From Octopus vulgaris (Eukaryota): 64,000 bases of DNA. The DNA lies in the NCBI GenBank assembly GCA_951406725.2, contig OX597817.1:107632001-107696000 (forward strand), given 5' to 3'. Below are positions 50,402-63,029 of this stretch, piece by piece. The notes beneath the pieces were generated by a model that was not told the DNA's origin, ran no database searches, and saw nothing but the letters and a program-made list of their open reading frames with translations. Positions within the stretch are counted from its first letter, which is position 1, and every line of letters begins with the position of its first letter. The position numbers and the translations under genes were made by a program.

Positions 50402-50790
50402 GGCACTCGAGCCCCGTGCTAGTAGGGTACTGAGAGCACCATCCGAGCGTGATCGTTGCCAGAGCAGCTATCTGGCCTCCATGCCGGTGGCACGTAAAAT
50501 CACCATTCGAGCATGATCGTTACCAGCATCGCCTTACTGGCACCTGCACTGGTGGCATGTGTAAAAGATTTGAGTGAGGTCATTGTCAGTGCCACCTGAC
50601 TGGCCCCGTGCTGGTGGCACGTAAAAGCACCAACTACACTCTCAGAGTGGTTGACGTCAGGAAGGGCATCCAGCTGTAGAAACTCTGCCAGATCAAGATT
50701 GAAGCCGGTAAAGTCATCTGGTTCGCCAGCCCTCAGTCATACGCCCAACCCATGCTAGCATGGAAAGCGGACGTTAAACGATGATGATGA

Positions 50791-50793
<3 letters not shown>
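50401..50793 (+). mobile_element. 5'-truncated RTE 3' UTR with 3-4 structured modules and tail
   Basis: Modules as at 36243 but with different loops; (GAT)n tail; inserted in (TA)n. Confidence 0.85.
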
Positions 50794-50828
<35 letters not shown>

Positions 50829-50830
<2 letters not shown>

Positions 50831-51011
50831 CCATGATAGATCGCTAGCCACTACACATTCTTTATTTTCTGTCCTTGTTTCTTCCTGTGTTCCTTTCTGT
50901 GGAAGAGCGTAGTCTCGAAATGTTAAAGACTTTTTCACTTCCTGAGTGTTATACTAATACATCTGTTTGTTGTCTACACCACCTGTCTTCGTCATTTGTT
51001 TTTTTGTGAAT

Positions 51012-51012
<1 letters not shown>
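50829..51012 (+). mobile_element. Second copy of the 1720 element
   Basis: CTTT-CTGTGGA-A-GAGC-GTAG-TCTC-GAAA-TGTT-AAAG hammerhead-like layout. Confidence 0.55.
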
Positions 51013-51097
<85 letters not shown>

Positions 51098-52764
51098 TTA
51101 TGGGTATAGTATAAATTACTGATTTGTCTTTCAACCAGGTTTTAGTGAAAACCTGAATATGGTCCAGTTTTAATTTAGCTTAATGTTTTGAAGTCAACAA
51201 TTTTCATGCTTTCAACTGAAATTGAACAATTCATTTGTCACAAGAAGTTTAATCTCACAGACTTGTGGATTATTTTTAATGAGAAGCAAGTTTGTAAGGA
51301 GCAGTATTACTGCATATATATTATTAATAGATTATGATTCAGTTTAATGATCTTTTTTAAATGAAGAATGCTACAACTGATCTTTGTCACATATCACATA
51401 AGAAAAAATGAGGAAAATTAGCAATGACTCCTATTAGTGTGAAAGCGAAGCCAGGTTATACCTGTAATAAACATGTTGCTTAGAAGTGAATGTGTGTGTT
51501 GAAGCATGCATGAGGCATTAGAAAACAGTAACACCATGGGTCATGAACAGTATGAATATAAAGTTATCTAACCTGGATAGATTGATCAAAAGAGAAAACC
51601 ATTGATGTGTAATTGGATCACCAAATCCTCTACTTGGTTTCTAGGCCTGCTAGAAACAGCAACTAAGTCGTCTGAAAATCATACTCCGCTAACTTAAAAT
51701 GAAAGGAAAAGAAGACTTGTTGGATATATGGTCCTGTGCATCCTACACATAGGAATATGACTGGTTAGTCCTGGCAGGAATGCCTGTGATCATAGATCTG
51801 TTCAATTAGAGCTGACTTGGAGGTAACCATCAACAACATACAAGTATTTCTCTCAGAAGATAAAACTAGGAAGGTCTTAAAATGTTAATGGATCTAGAAA
51901 AAGTATTGATCCAAATTTAGAAAATGTATCGATCCAAATTTAATAGAAAGAACAAAGAAATTGTTAATAGAGAAATACCTTGGAGCTTAGACATGTTTTC
52001 AATAACATTCACTATCTACCACCAGCTTTGCATGCCCATACACACACACACACACACCACTCGCTCATGCACGCATACACTCACACACACACTGCTATAC
52101 ATTGTCTGACTATTTCTATTGTTTTATATTGACCAGATACTTTCATTTGTTCTCAACCTGTCCCTCAAATCTCTCTTGTCTATAATCCTATTTATATGCA
52201 TGCATATCTGTAACTATTTGGCTGTATTTGTCTTTTTTAGTCTGCTTCTGCCTGTATCTATCTGCCTGCCTGTCTGTCTGTCTGTCTCTGTCTCTCTCTC
52301 TCTCTCTCCTTCCCTGTCTCTTTCTTTCTCTCTTCATATAAGAAAATAAATCCAATGTGATGTTGTTATTTGATTTCCCTCATAGTTGTAAAATTTTAAT
52401 TTGTAATTTGATTTTCCACCTAGTTTAGATTATTTAACCTGTTTTATTCCTAACATTGTGAAAGAATATTGAAATGATATAGCAAAGAGATTAAACAAAG
52501 TTTTATTCAAAGAAAAAAATTAAACCATTTAAATTACTAAATACTAGTGCTATTTATCAGTTACTTAGCATAGCAGTAGCATAATTAAACTGTGTAAATA
52601 ATTATTGTTAAGATATTTGCTTCTCAACCACATATATTTGGGTTCAGTTCTGTTCCATGGCACTTTAGGCAATTGTCTTCTTAGTAGAAGACAGTCAAAA
52701 CCTTGTGAGTGAATTTGGTAGACAGAAACTGAAAGAATCCTGACATGTGTGTGGGTGTGTGTGT

Positions 52765-53050
52765 GCTTAGTGGTTAGGGTGCTTGGCTCATGCTCTCTCA
52801 GCAGTGTGTTGTGTTCTTGAAAAAACCCCCCAAAAAAACCACTTTATTTCTCTATGCTCCAGTCCACTCAGCTGGCAAAAATGAGTAGTACCTGTATTTC
52901 AAAAGGGCCAGCCTTGTCACACTGAAACTCCTTGAGAACTACATTAAGGGTACGTGTGCCTGTGAAGTGCTCAGCCTCTTGCACATTAATTTCACGAGCA
53001 GGCTGTTCCTTTAATCAGATTATCATTGTCATAGCTGACGGAGTGCTGGT
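52765..53050 (+). mobile_element. SINE family C
   Basis: Homology to the 34498 and 36815 copies. Confidence 0.75.
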
Positions 53051-54313
53051 GTGTGTGTGTGTATTTATGCTTGTAGATATATGTATATTCATATATGTGT
53101 GTTGGTTACTATCTCCTTGTCTTGATATTATTGTGATAATTGTAGACAAGTGTCACCGTCATAGAAATGGTGGCCTTCATTTCCATTTTTCTGAGAAAAC
53201 ATGTTTGTTTTTTTTTTTAGAAATATTACCTTGTCCTTTCGGAAACATGTGAGGGTTTATGACAGGAAGGGCATCCGGCTGTAGAAAATCTGCCACAACA
53301 AATTCTATCTTGTTGATGTGAGTCTGGGAAAAGTGGATTTTAAAACAATGAGAAAGACGAATATCTCACTTCGATTTTATGATAACTATTTTTTGTTTTA
53401 GTTTTTTTAATATGAAGTAGAAGAGTAGGGACCATAACCTTTTTTATGGCATTAAAAATTGGTGGGTGGAAGGGAGGAAGTTTTCTGATGAGTGTTCTTG
53501 TCTGAATACTGACAATGCTAAAAACACACAAAATAAAGCTGGGTAGTGGTGTTAATATGGACATCCTTAGAATGGCAATGAATGATCTCTGACTTTACCA
53601 CACAGGTTCATCTGTTTACCAAATTTCACTCACAAAGCTGTACTTGAAGTTATTTGCCAAAAGTGCTGTATAATAGACTGATCCTGCAACCATGTAATTG
53701 TGAAGAAGAATTCTTAAACACTCAGCTATGCCCTCCATAAACCAAATTACAGATAAAATACGTCTCATTTTTTACTGGTTCCTGTTATGTGGCCATGCTG
53801 GGGCACTGCTTTCAAGGGTTTGGTTGAACAATTCAAACCCAGTACCTAGTTTCTAAGTTTGGTACTTATTCTATTGGTCTCTTTTGCCAAAATTCTAATT
53901 CATAAGGATGTTAATAAACTTACACCAGGTGTATATATGTAGAACATTGTATCCCTAAATGATTGTATGTGTGTGTACATATGCATTCATTTGTTTGTAT
54001 ATGGGATGTATATACACACACACATTTCTGTGTACTGATGTTTTGAGGTATGTTAAAATATGTATCTACTTTTTAATCCCAGTCAAGATATAAAGTGGTT
54101 ATATTATCTAACCCAAACCCTTACTTTGTAATTTATTATCTCTGTCAGATCCCCACCACTTACCCTGTACTATTTCTAATCTCCTTGCCTCTTCATTCAA
54201 ACTTCTATCCAAAATTTGATATTCAATACTGTCTATCACAGTGGCTATTATTTTCCTTAATTCTACCACCTCTCATTTAAACTTCCTCTTCCCAATCTGA
54301 TATGTTGATATAT

Positions 54314-54538
54314 AACCCTATAGCATTTAAACCAGCCATATCCAGCCCAAATATTCTACTTGTTTTATGTCCAAACTGAATAGAAACAGCCTCTCACACT
54401 TATCAGACAATGTCTTTCGAAAAATAAACAGTCACGTGATTTAAATCTCAAAGCTGTGATTAATGCAGGATTAATTCAAAACAATGTGAATAAATAAACT
54501 ATACATCTGACAAAGAAGTCTAAATGCTAATGGTTTAA
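54314..54538. mobile_element. piggyBac-type MITE, reverse orientation
   Basis: TAACCCTATAGCATTT ... AATGCTAATGGTTTAA termini. Confidence 0.7.
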
Positions 54539-55529
54539 GCTGATGCAGACCTACACACTAAGGAGGCCATATACCCTGGGTATCACATGTATGTATGTAT
54601 GTATGGATGGATGGGTGGATGGATGGATGCATACATACATACATGCATATGACAAGCTTCCACACAGTTTTTGTTTACTAAATTTACTTGCAAGGCATTG
54701 GTTGGCCCAGTGGGGAGGGCAATAGTAAAAGCACTTGCCCGAGGTACTGCACAGTGAAATTGAACATGAAACCATATGATTACAAAGTGAGTTTCTTAAC
54801 TACACATCCATGCCTGCACCTTTTTTATAAATTTTAATCAATTTATAAACACCTTTCTCTATATTCTATAGTAAAGAAAGGCATTGGCAATCAACCAATT
54901 AATAAAGAAAGGACTTAATGCATTATGTATGTGTGTGTTGACTAGTGATGTTATTCTTGTAGCAGGGAGCTGAGCTTGGTATTTCACAGTATGAAATTTC
55001 ATGCACCAGTACACTATTTTGAGTATGCTTTCACTTCTCAACTTATATATAAAATGCAGAAGTATATGTAAATTAAAGAAGTTTCAGTAAAATATTTATA
55101 GTTGATTCAATTGACTCTGTTCTTGTGTATGATTGCTATTGTGTCTGTGAACATGTGTATCATACAATATGTAAGACTAACCACATATGTTTCTCTGTAT
55201 ATGCATATGTATACATAAGTACATATGCACTCACATAAACATATTGGTTGTGAAGTATTACAAACAGGTTAAGAAAAATCATTTCTAGTATTGAATTCAT
55301 TGTTTGATAGAAGACATATGTCTGCATTGGTTGAAACATGTCATTAGAAAAGATGTAGGCTAGCTGAAAAACTGTTTCAAGTAGCAACAAAGTGAGGAAG
55401 ACTTGATGGAAGATAGATGTTTTTATTACTTTGGAACTTTCAAACAAATGGTAGATATAATGTACATACATGAATAGTATCTATACTGCGCACCCATCTG
55501 TACAATATTACTAAATTAAATGATGATGA

Positions 55530-55565
<36 letters not shown>

Positions 55566-56638
55566 AGGGGATAGTTGATTACAACCCAAGTGCTCAGCTG
55601 GCGCTTATTTTATTGACCCTGAAAGGATGACAGGCAAAGGTGACTACAGGAGAATGTGAACTCGTAATGTAAAGGATCAAAAGTAATGCCACTAAACATC
55701 TTATCTGACATGCTAATGATCCTGTCAGCTTGCTGTCGTTAATGCTTTCAAATTTTGGCACAAGGCCAGCAATTTTAGGGGAGTGGGATGGTTGATTACA
55801 TCGATCCTGGTGCTCAACTGGCATTCATGTTATTGATCATGAAGAGATGAAAGGCAAAGTTGACCATGGTGGGATTTGAACTCAAAATGTAAAGTGCTGG
55901 AAGAAATACCACAATACATTTCATCCAACTCTAATAATTCTGCCACTTTCTGTCCTTAAAATATTGTTTGATATAGGTACAAAGCTAGTAATGTTAAGTG
56001 GGGGATACTATTTGATCACATTGATCCTGCTACTTGACTCATACTTTATATTATTGACCCCAGAGGGATATGAATGCAGGATGTAAAGAGCTGGAATAAA
56101 TACTTCAAACCATTTTGTCCAATGGTCCTTTCAATTCACTACTCTTAATAATAATGCTTTCTGCTATAGGCTCAAGGCCTGAAATTTTTGGGGTGGAGGT
56201 GGGGAGCTAACTGATTATATTGATCGCAGTGCTCAATTGGTACATATTTTATCAATACTGAAATGAGAAAAAGCAAAATTTGAACTTGGAACCTAAGGCC
56301 AAAAGAAATGTTGCAAAACATTTTATCTAGTGTGCTAAAAATTCTGCCAGCTTGCTGCCTTATTGTAGTAGTAGTAGTAATAATAATAATTATTGGAATG
56401 GTTTCAAAATTTGGCACGAGGCCATCAATTTTAGGGGAGGGGTTAAGTCAATTACATTGAGCCCTGTGCTCAATTGGTACTTACTTTATTAATGCTGAAA
56501 ATATGAAAGGCAAAGTCAACCGTGGCAACATTTGAACTTGGAAGGTAAAAATGAATGAAATACTGCTAAGCATTTTGCCTGATATGGTAACAATTCTTCC
56601 AGCTTGCTGTCTTAGCTTTAATAATAATGATAATAATG

Positions 56639-56684
<46 letters not shown>

Positions 56685-56892
56685 TAATTCTTTCTGCTTT
56701 AGATACAAGGCTTGAAATTTTTGGGGAGAGGGTAGTTGATTACATTGACCCCAGTGCACAACTGGTACTTCATTGACCGTGAAAGGATGAAAGGGAAAGT
56801 CAGCAGAATTTGAATTTAAAATGTAAAGACGGACAAAATGCCACTAAGCATTTTACCTGGCATGCTAACAATTCTACCAGCTTGCCACCTTT
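55566..56892 (-). mobile_element. Head-to-tail train of six family-B SINEs
   Basis: Copies at ~55566, 55742, 55965, 56155, 56398 and 56685, several separated by TAA/TAG runs. Confidence 0.85.
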
Positions 56893-57132
56893 TTAATAAT
56901 AACGATGATGATGTTGATGATAATGATAATAATAATGATAATGATGATGATGATGATAATAATAATGATAAAAAATAATAATTTGTTTTATTGAGTGAGT
57001 GAAGGCAATTACATATATCATCATTCAAGTATATCCAATAGAGGTTTACAAAAACCTTATACAGTTGCACAAACATGTTATGTATTAGATCACATAAATA
57101 ATGCAGTTTTTTCAATTGCATGAACTAAAATT

Positions 57133-57812
57133 CAGAGGGGTACGGGATAAACTACTGGCATCAACTTGCTATAAAAGCAGGTAGTAATTTTATCTTGTGG
57201 CCTTATTCTTAGTGCAAGTTTTGAAGAGTGCAGTTCGATTTTAACAGTTATTTTTTTCAAAACTATAATAGAAGTGACAAAGGATATTCAGCATATTTTG
57301 CTTTATGAGTTCAATAAAGGCAACAATGCAATGGAAAGTACAAGGAATACTAATGCAGTATATGAGAATCGGATACTAAGCATAAGCCAGTGTCAACGGT
57401 GGTTCCAGATATTCTGAGCCAGGAACTACAGCCTAGAAGACGAGCCTCATCCTGGAAGATCTGTAGAGCTTGATGAAGGCATCCTGGTGGAACAAAATCC
57501 CATCATAACTGTTGAGGAACTAGTAGAGAAGCTTGGATTTGGTCATTCAACCATTCAACAACACCTATGTGCCATTGGAAAAGTCAGCAAATTATGTCAG
57601 TGGGTTCATCACAAACTTTCTAAGTCTAATCGTGTACAGAGAGTGAATGCGTGCTCTTTTCTTGTCTCTGCTGTTACGTCTCATGAATGCACGTTTCTTG
57701 GACTGTGACAAGAATGAAGAAGAGTATATTTTAGATTAAAAAAGAACATTGTTCATCTTAATTTTGAAAAATAAAAGCAGTATAAAAAACCTACATTATA
57801 GGATGACCCAAT
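57133..57812 (+). mobile_element. Mariner relic with transposase N-terminal pseudogene
   Basis: HILLYEFNKGNNA...CQRWFQ.F...NYSLEDEPHPGR...EQNP..TVEEL.EKLGFGHSTI..HL.AIGKVSKL.QWVHHKL (WVPHEL motif); ends GGATGACCCAATA. Confidence 0.88.
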
Positions 57813-57989
57813 ATATATATATAAAAAGAGCTGGGTGTTTCAGGGATATAATATAAAGAAAAGACATTAAAACTTTGTGTAAAATAAGGGCAGAAAGTAC
57901 TTTAAATAACTGTAAAAGGAAGCAGCAAGAAATAGACAAGATATTGTTTCAAAAGTGTAGATTTAGCATTTCCCACCAATGCAAGCGTG

Positions 57990-58653
57990 AGAACAGCTTG
58001 GCTTACATAGGCACAAGGTCACAAAGGTGTTGTGGAGGAGCACAATCAGTTGGATCAACACTAAGAGGTATGCCATCTATATGTATATTCTCAACCCTGG
58101 AGGGATGGAAGGTAAAGTTGACCTTGGCAGGATTTCAGCTCAAAAGATAAAGAGTTGTTGTAACTAAATACTTGTAAGCCTATTGTCAGCTGCTTTTACT
58201 TTTCTGTAACTCCACCACCCTCTGCAAATAGAAATAATGAGCCGAAACAAATGCTGTTGTTCAGTTACTTGACCTACTAGAAATAGCAGCCAAATAAAGT
58301 GAAAGAACATTGGTTATGTAATGTTTGATATATTATACTTAAAAGAAAAGAAAAATGATGTCTGTTGGATCAGGGTTAACCTATATCCATGCAACAATTA
58401 CGATAACAATGATATTTTGAATTTTGGTCAGCAATTTTGGGGCAGGGTACTAGTTGATTGCATTGACCTATGTGCTCAGCAGGTATTATTTTATCAACTC
58501 TGAATAAAATGAAAGGCAAAGTTGACCTTGGTAGAATTTGAACTCAGAATGCAAAGAACTGGAAGAATTTTTACTCTGCATTTTGTCTGCAGTTCCAACA
58601 ATTCTGTCAGCTCACTGCCTTAATAATAATAATAATAATAATAATAATAGTAA

Positions 58654-58691
<38 letters not shown>

Positions 58692-59020
58692 ATCCTTTCT
58701 ACTATAGGTGTAGGCACAAAGTCTGAAACTTTTGGGGAGGGGGCTAGAATATTTCATTGACCCCAGTGCTTGACTGGTACTTATTTAATTGACACTTAAG
58801 GTAGTGAACTGACAGAAACAGCACATACGACAAAATGCTTAGCGGCATTTCTTTTAGCTCTTTATCTCTTTATGTTCTAAGTTCACTTGCTACTGAGGTC
58901 AAGTTTGCCTTTCATCCCTTTCAGGGTCAATAAAGTAAAGTACCAGTCAAGTACTGGGATCAATGTAATTGATGTACTTTCACCCACTAAAAATTGTTGG
59001 CCTTCTGCCAAAGAGTGAAG
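57990..59020. mobile_element. Cluster of family-B SINEs: three minus-strand pieces and one plus-strand copy
   Basis: ~57990-58225 (-), 58410-58622 (-), 58693-58790 (-), 58797-59020 (+). Confidence 0.7.
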
Positions 59021-60384
59021 CTATTATAAAACCTCTTGTCTTCTTTTATAATTTTCATAAAACATAGCTAACACTAGTCTGTGCAAATATCTAATAAGTT
59101 GCACAAATTAGAAGAGACATTACAAGAAAATTTTGGATAATAACCACTGTGCGAAATTAGCTTGTTTAATTAAAATAATCTCTTTCTCTCTCTCTCCAAA
59201 ACTTGCCAGGATATTTTTAAAATGCCATTCAGTGAAAGAAGGCACCGAGTGACAAAAAGTTGAGAACCACTGCTCCAGATAAACCCAAACTTATTTCTAA
59301 CTTTATTGAAGAATAATTCTCCCACAATAGCTACTGGCAAAGGTATTACTTTTAACAAAAGAAAGAAAAAGAAAATACCCTATAAGGAAGCCAAGTTGCT
59401 TGGCTACTAGAAATAGCAGCAAAATCTCACTCAAACTTCCTCCTTGTGTCAAAAAAACCCCAAAAAACAGAGGCACATACTGGATAACTTAGTATTAGGT
59501 ATGTAAGTCTTTCTACTATAGGCAGAAGACCTGAAATTACATCAATCTCAGTGCTTGACTGGCACTAATTTCATCGACTCCCTGCCCAAAGGATGAAAGG
59601 CATATTCCACTTCTGTGAAATTTGAATTTGTGTGTGTGTGTGTGTGCTTATATCTATATATTATACAGTTGAGTAGTATATCCTTGGTTATGGCATGTAT
59701 TTGGTCAGAAAGTTGGCATTGGTTTCACATCTGCTATTGCTCTTGGGAATATAGGCAAGTCATCAGACCTGCTGGCTGGAAGCACATAGTATATTTTACT
59801 ACTAGAGGTAAATGTACAGTTTTGGTTAGTTTGATAGTAAAAAAATCCTTTTGTGAGAGGGAAAAATGAGTTACTTCCCTTTGAAGCCCTTGAATAATTC
59901 CAACTGTAGCTGAAATGGGTCAGTTTGTGTACTTATTTCTGTTTTCTACCCTGCAAACACCAGGTTTCCAAAGCAAATTTTCTGTTGTGAAGGTATTGAC
60001 TAAAAACTTCACTTTTTGAATTCAAGAAGATACCTAGATTGTTCAAATTTTTTAGGATCATTTCCTCTCAGCCAAGCAAAGTTTGCACTGTCTGTTTCCA
60101 TTGAAGTATTGTGAAGGTTATTGCAGCATCTTATATGCCATATATAGCTGGCTAATGTTGTAATGTTGCCCCTCTCTGGGATCCTAAAAAAGGACCTATG
60201 GTTAATTAGCCTAACCTTAAATGGGCCCTCTGTTGTCCCACCATATATCTATTTGTGTTTTTTTTTTTTTTGTTATTGTTGCTATTGCTGGACACCACTT
60301 ATGCTTTTTTGCCCACTGCCTCAGTGTTTCATTGACCATTCACCGAGTACCCCCATGCATACATACATACATGTACAACAGTCT

Positions 60385-60750
60385 ACTTCTTTACTTTTTA
60401 ATTGATTCATTCGACTGCAGTTATGTTGAGGTACCACTTTGAAGAATTTTTTAGCCGAATGAATTGACCTCAGTACTTCATTTTTAATCTTAGTACTTAT
60501 TCTGTCAGTCTCTTTTGCCAAAATGCTATGTTATGGGGACATAAACACACCAACACTGGTTGTCAAGCAGTAGTGGGGGACAAACAGACATGAAGACACA
60601 CACAATGTGCTTCTTTCAGTTTCTGTCTACTAAATCCACTCTGGTCAGCATGAGGCTATAGCAGAAGACACTTGCTCAAGGTGTCATGCAGTGGGTCTGA
60701 ACCCAAAACCATATGGTCGGGAAGCAAGCTTCTTACTACACAGCTGTGCA
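60385..60750 (-). mobile_element. SINE family A
   Basis: Reverse complement of 47696-48080. Confidence 0.8.
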
Positions 60751-60857
60751 TTCTTGTTTCTGTGTTGGAGACTTTCTTTTCCTTTTGGGGAGAATTTTGA
60801 ACAATAAATCAGAATACACTTAAATAAATTTTTTCATACATAAATTTAGAGATAGAT

Positions 60858-60889
<32 letters not shown>

Positions 60890-61232
60890 TAAAACCTCAA
60901 TTAATTTGGTTACTTAGTTCTGTGAAAATGCTATGCTATTTGAAACTGTTTTAATTGAACATAGTAATAAGAAATGCAGTAACTTGTTCAAGAACTGTCA
61001 AAATACTTGGTTGAATTTTTCTAATGTATTTTCTTACTATATTTCAAAAATAATATGAGGATAAAGGATAGTGAAAATGCATTCACAATTCAATAGTTCA
61101 TAGAAATGAAACAGTATGATTTACTCAGGTGTACATAAAAAAAATCAAAGAGAGACGGAGAGAGAGAAATATATTTTTACAAAGAGGGAGAGAGAGAGAG
61201 AGAGAGAGAAATATATTTTTACAAATATGCCA

Positions 61233-61325
61233 CGGGCATATGGCGTAGTGGTTAAGAGCGCGGGCTACTAACCCCAAGATTCTGAGTTTGATTCCAAGCA
61301 GTGATCTGAATAATAATAATAATAA
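61233..61325 (+). mobile_element. Isolated tRNA-like head plus (AAT)n of the 20862 family
   Basis: GGGCATATGGCGTAGTGGTTAAGAGCGCGGGCTACTAACCCCAAGATTCTGAGTTTGATTCCAAGC; near-identical to 20862-20935; no convincing acceptor stem. Confidence 0.75.
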
Positions 61326-63029
61326 CCTCATATGTTATACAAACGTTGCAAATTCCTATTTGAGTTTTGAATTCATCAGATCAATCAGAACAAGCAGCAA
61401 ACACTTTTTCAATTTCTGCTGAAATCTCATTTTCTTTTGATAATTTTTGTTTTTAATTGTAGAGAAAATGTTTAAAGTTTTCATTTTCATATTCATGATA
61501 TTTAGGAGAATTCAGGTTTGGTTGTGTTCTTCCAAAAAACAAAACAGATACTCTAATCATGACTCTGCCTCCATTCCTTATTGTTTGCATACCTAAAGTG
61601 GATGGAATTTTCTTTTTTATTTTCTTTTTCAATATTAATCACGTTCCTTATAATTGTTGGTATTGCTGTTTCATTCATTCACAAGTCTTACCCTGGTTTT
61701 ATAATTGCCAATTTATTGCCTACAGCTAATACTTCACTCTTCTTAATACCAGAATTTTTCTCTGTCTCTCTTTCTTTTATCTAAATTGTTGAGATTAAGT
61801 ATTATATTTTGGTAATATATTTGTTTCTACTCTAGACAGAAGGCCCGATATTTTTGTGATAAATTATTATACAAATGGAGGTCAGGCCCCTCACTTTATA
61901 TTAAGAAAGCTGCAAAGACAAACAAGGCAGGAAGTTACAATTCAAATAGCAGGTAACCGCTGTACAACAGCTGTTGCTGAATGGGTTTCTCTGATTTGTT
62001 GTTTAGTCATATAGTCTTTCTGAAGTTCCTCTCTGCTATGTTTTGTATGCTGTACATAAGGTCTGTCAATTTATAAACCATGTTAATTAGAAAGCCATGC
62101 TGTTTGAAGTGTTAATTTAGGGTAAATTGTGTGTGCGCATACATATTCATGCACATACACACTCGCTCACACTCTGGTGAGAGTGTGACACTGCACTAGT
62201 ATTCAGCAGGTTCTCATTTCTCCTAAGTTGACTAAAGCCATGGGAAATGAATTGCCTTACTCAATGGTACAATGTACTGCTTGGTTCAAGAATGGAACCC
62301 ACAACTTAGTGCTACATGCCTTTATGTGATTCTTATTGTGTATTATCTTAACTCTCTCTCTCTCTCTCTCTTTCTCTCTCGTGTGTGTGCAAATTACAAA
62401 CATAGATATGTGTGAGAGTTGATAATAAATATCACATTGTTTTATTGATGAGTTACTAAATTATGAGAAAGTCATGTGTTCTTCAATAAATAATAAAAGG
62501 TGACTTTTAAGGTATATTTGATATGTTATAATGTCATTGAAGTATGACTGCTACTATCATCAAAGTATAAGCATATGTTATTCGTGTAACTGATATTTTA
62601 TGTAACTTCTTAGTTACATGAATAAAAGATACATTTAAACATTATTTTATTGGTTTGGTTAGGAAGAAGTGTTTGTGTCCATGGCTTTTGCAAGCCCTTT
62701 GAGGCTGATGATGCTGATATGGCTACTATTCTTCCTGAATGGTTGATAGCTACATAAAATATCTGCTGGATAGAATTCCAATGAATTGATGTCTCCTGAA
62801 GAAAGATCTAGGCTTAGTAGTTATTATGAGGCATGGTGGTGGATACACCATGTATGATGAAAGGAAGAGGAGGAGAGAAAAGTGAGTTGGTAATACATGA
62901 TGTTTTGATGACAAAAGACAAGGCATCTGTAAGAAGCAACAGCTACTGTAGTAGTGGTAGAATAAAGGAAGGACAAGAACTTGACCCTCATGCATGTAAG
63001 TATGTGGTGTCAGTGGATGGTCAATGAAA

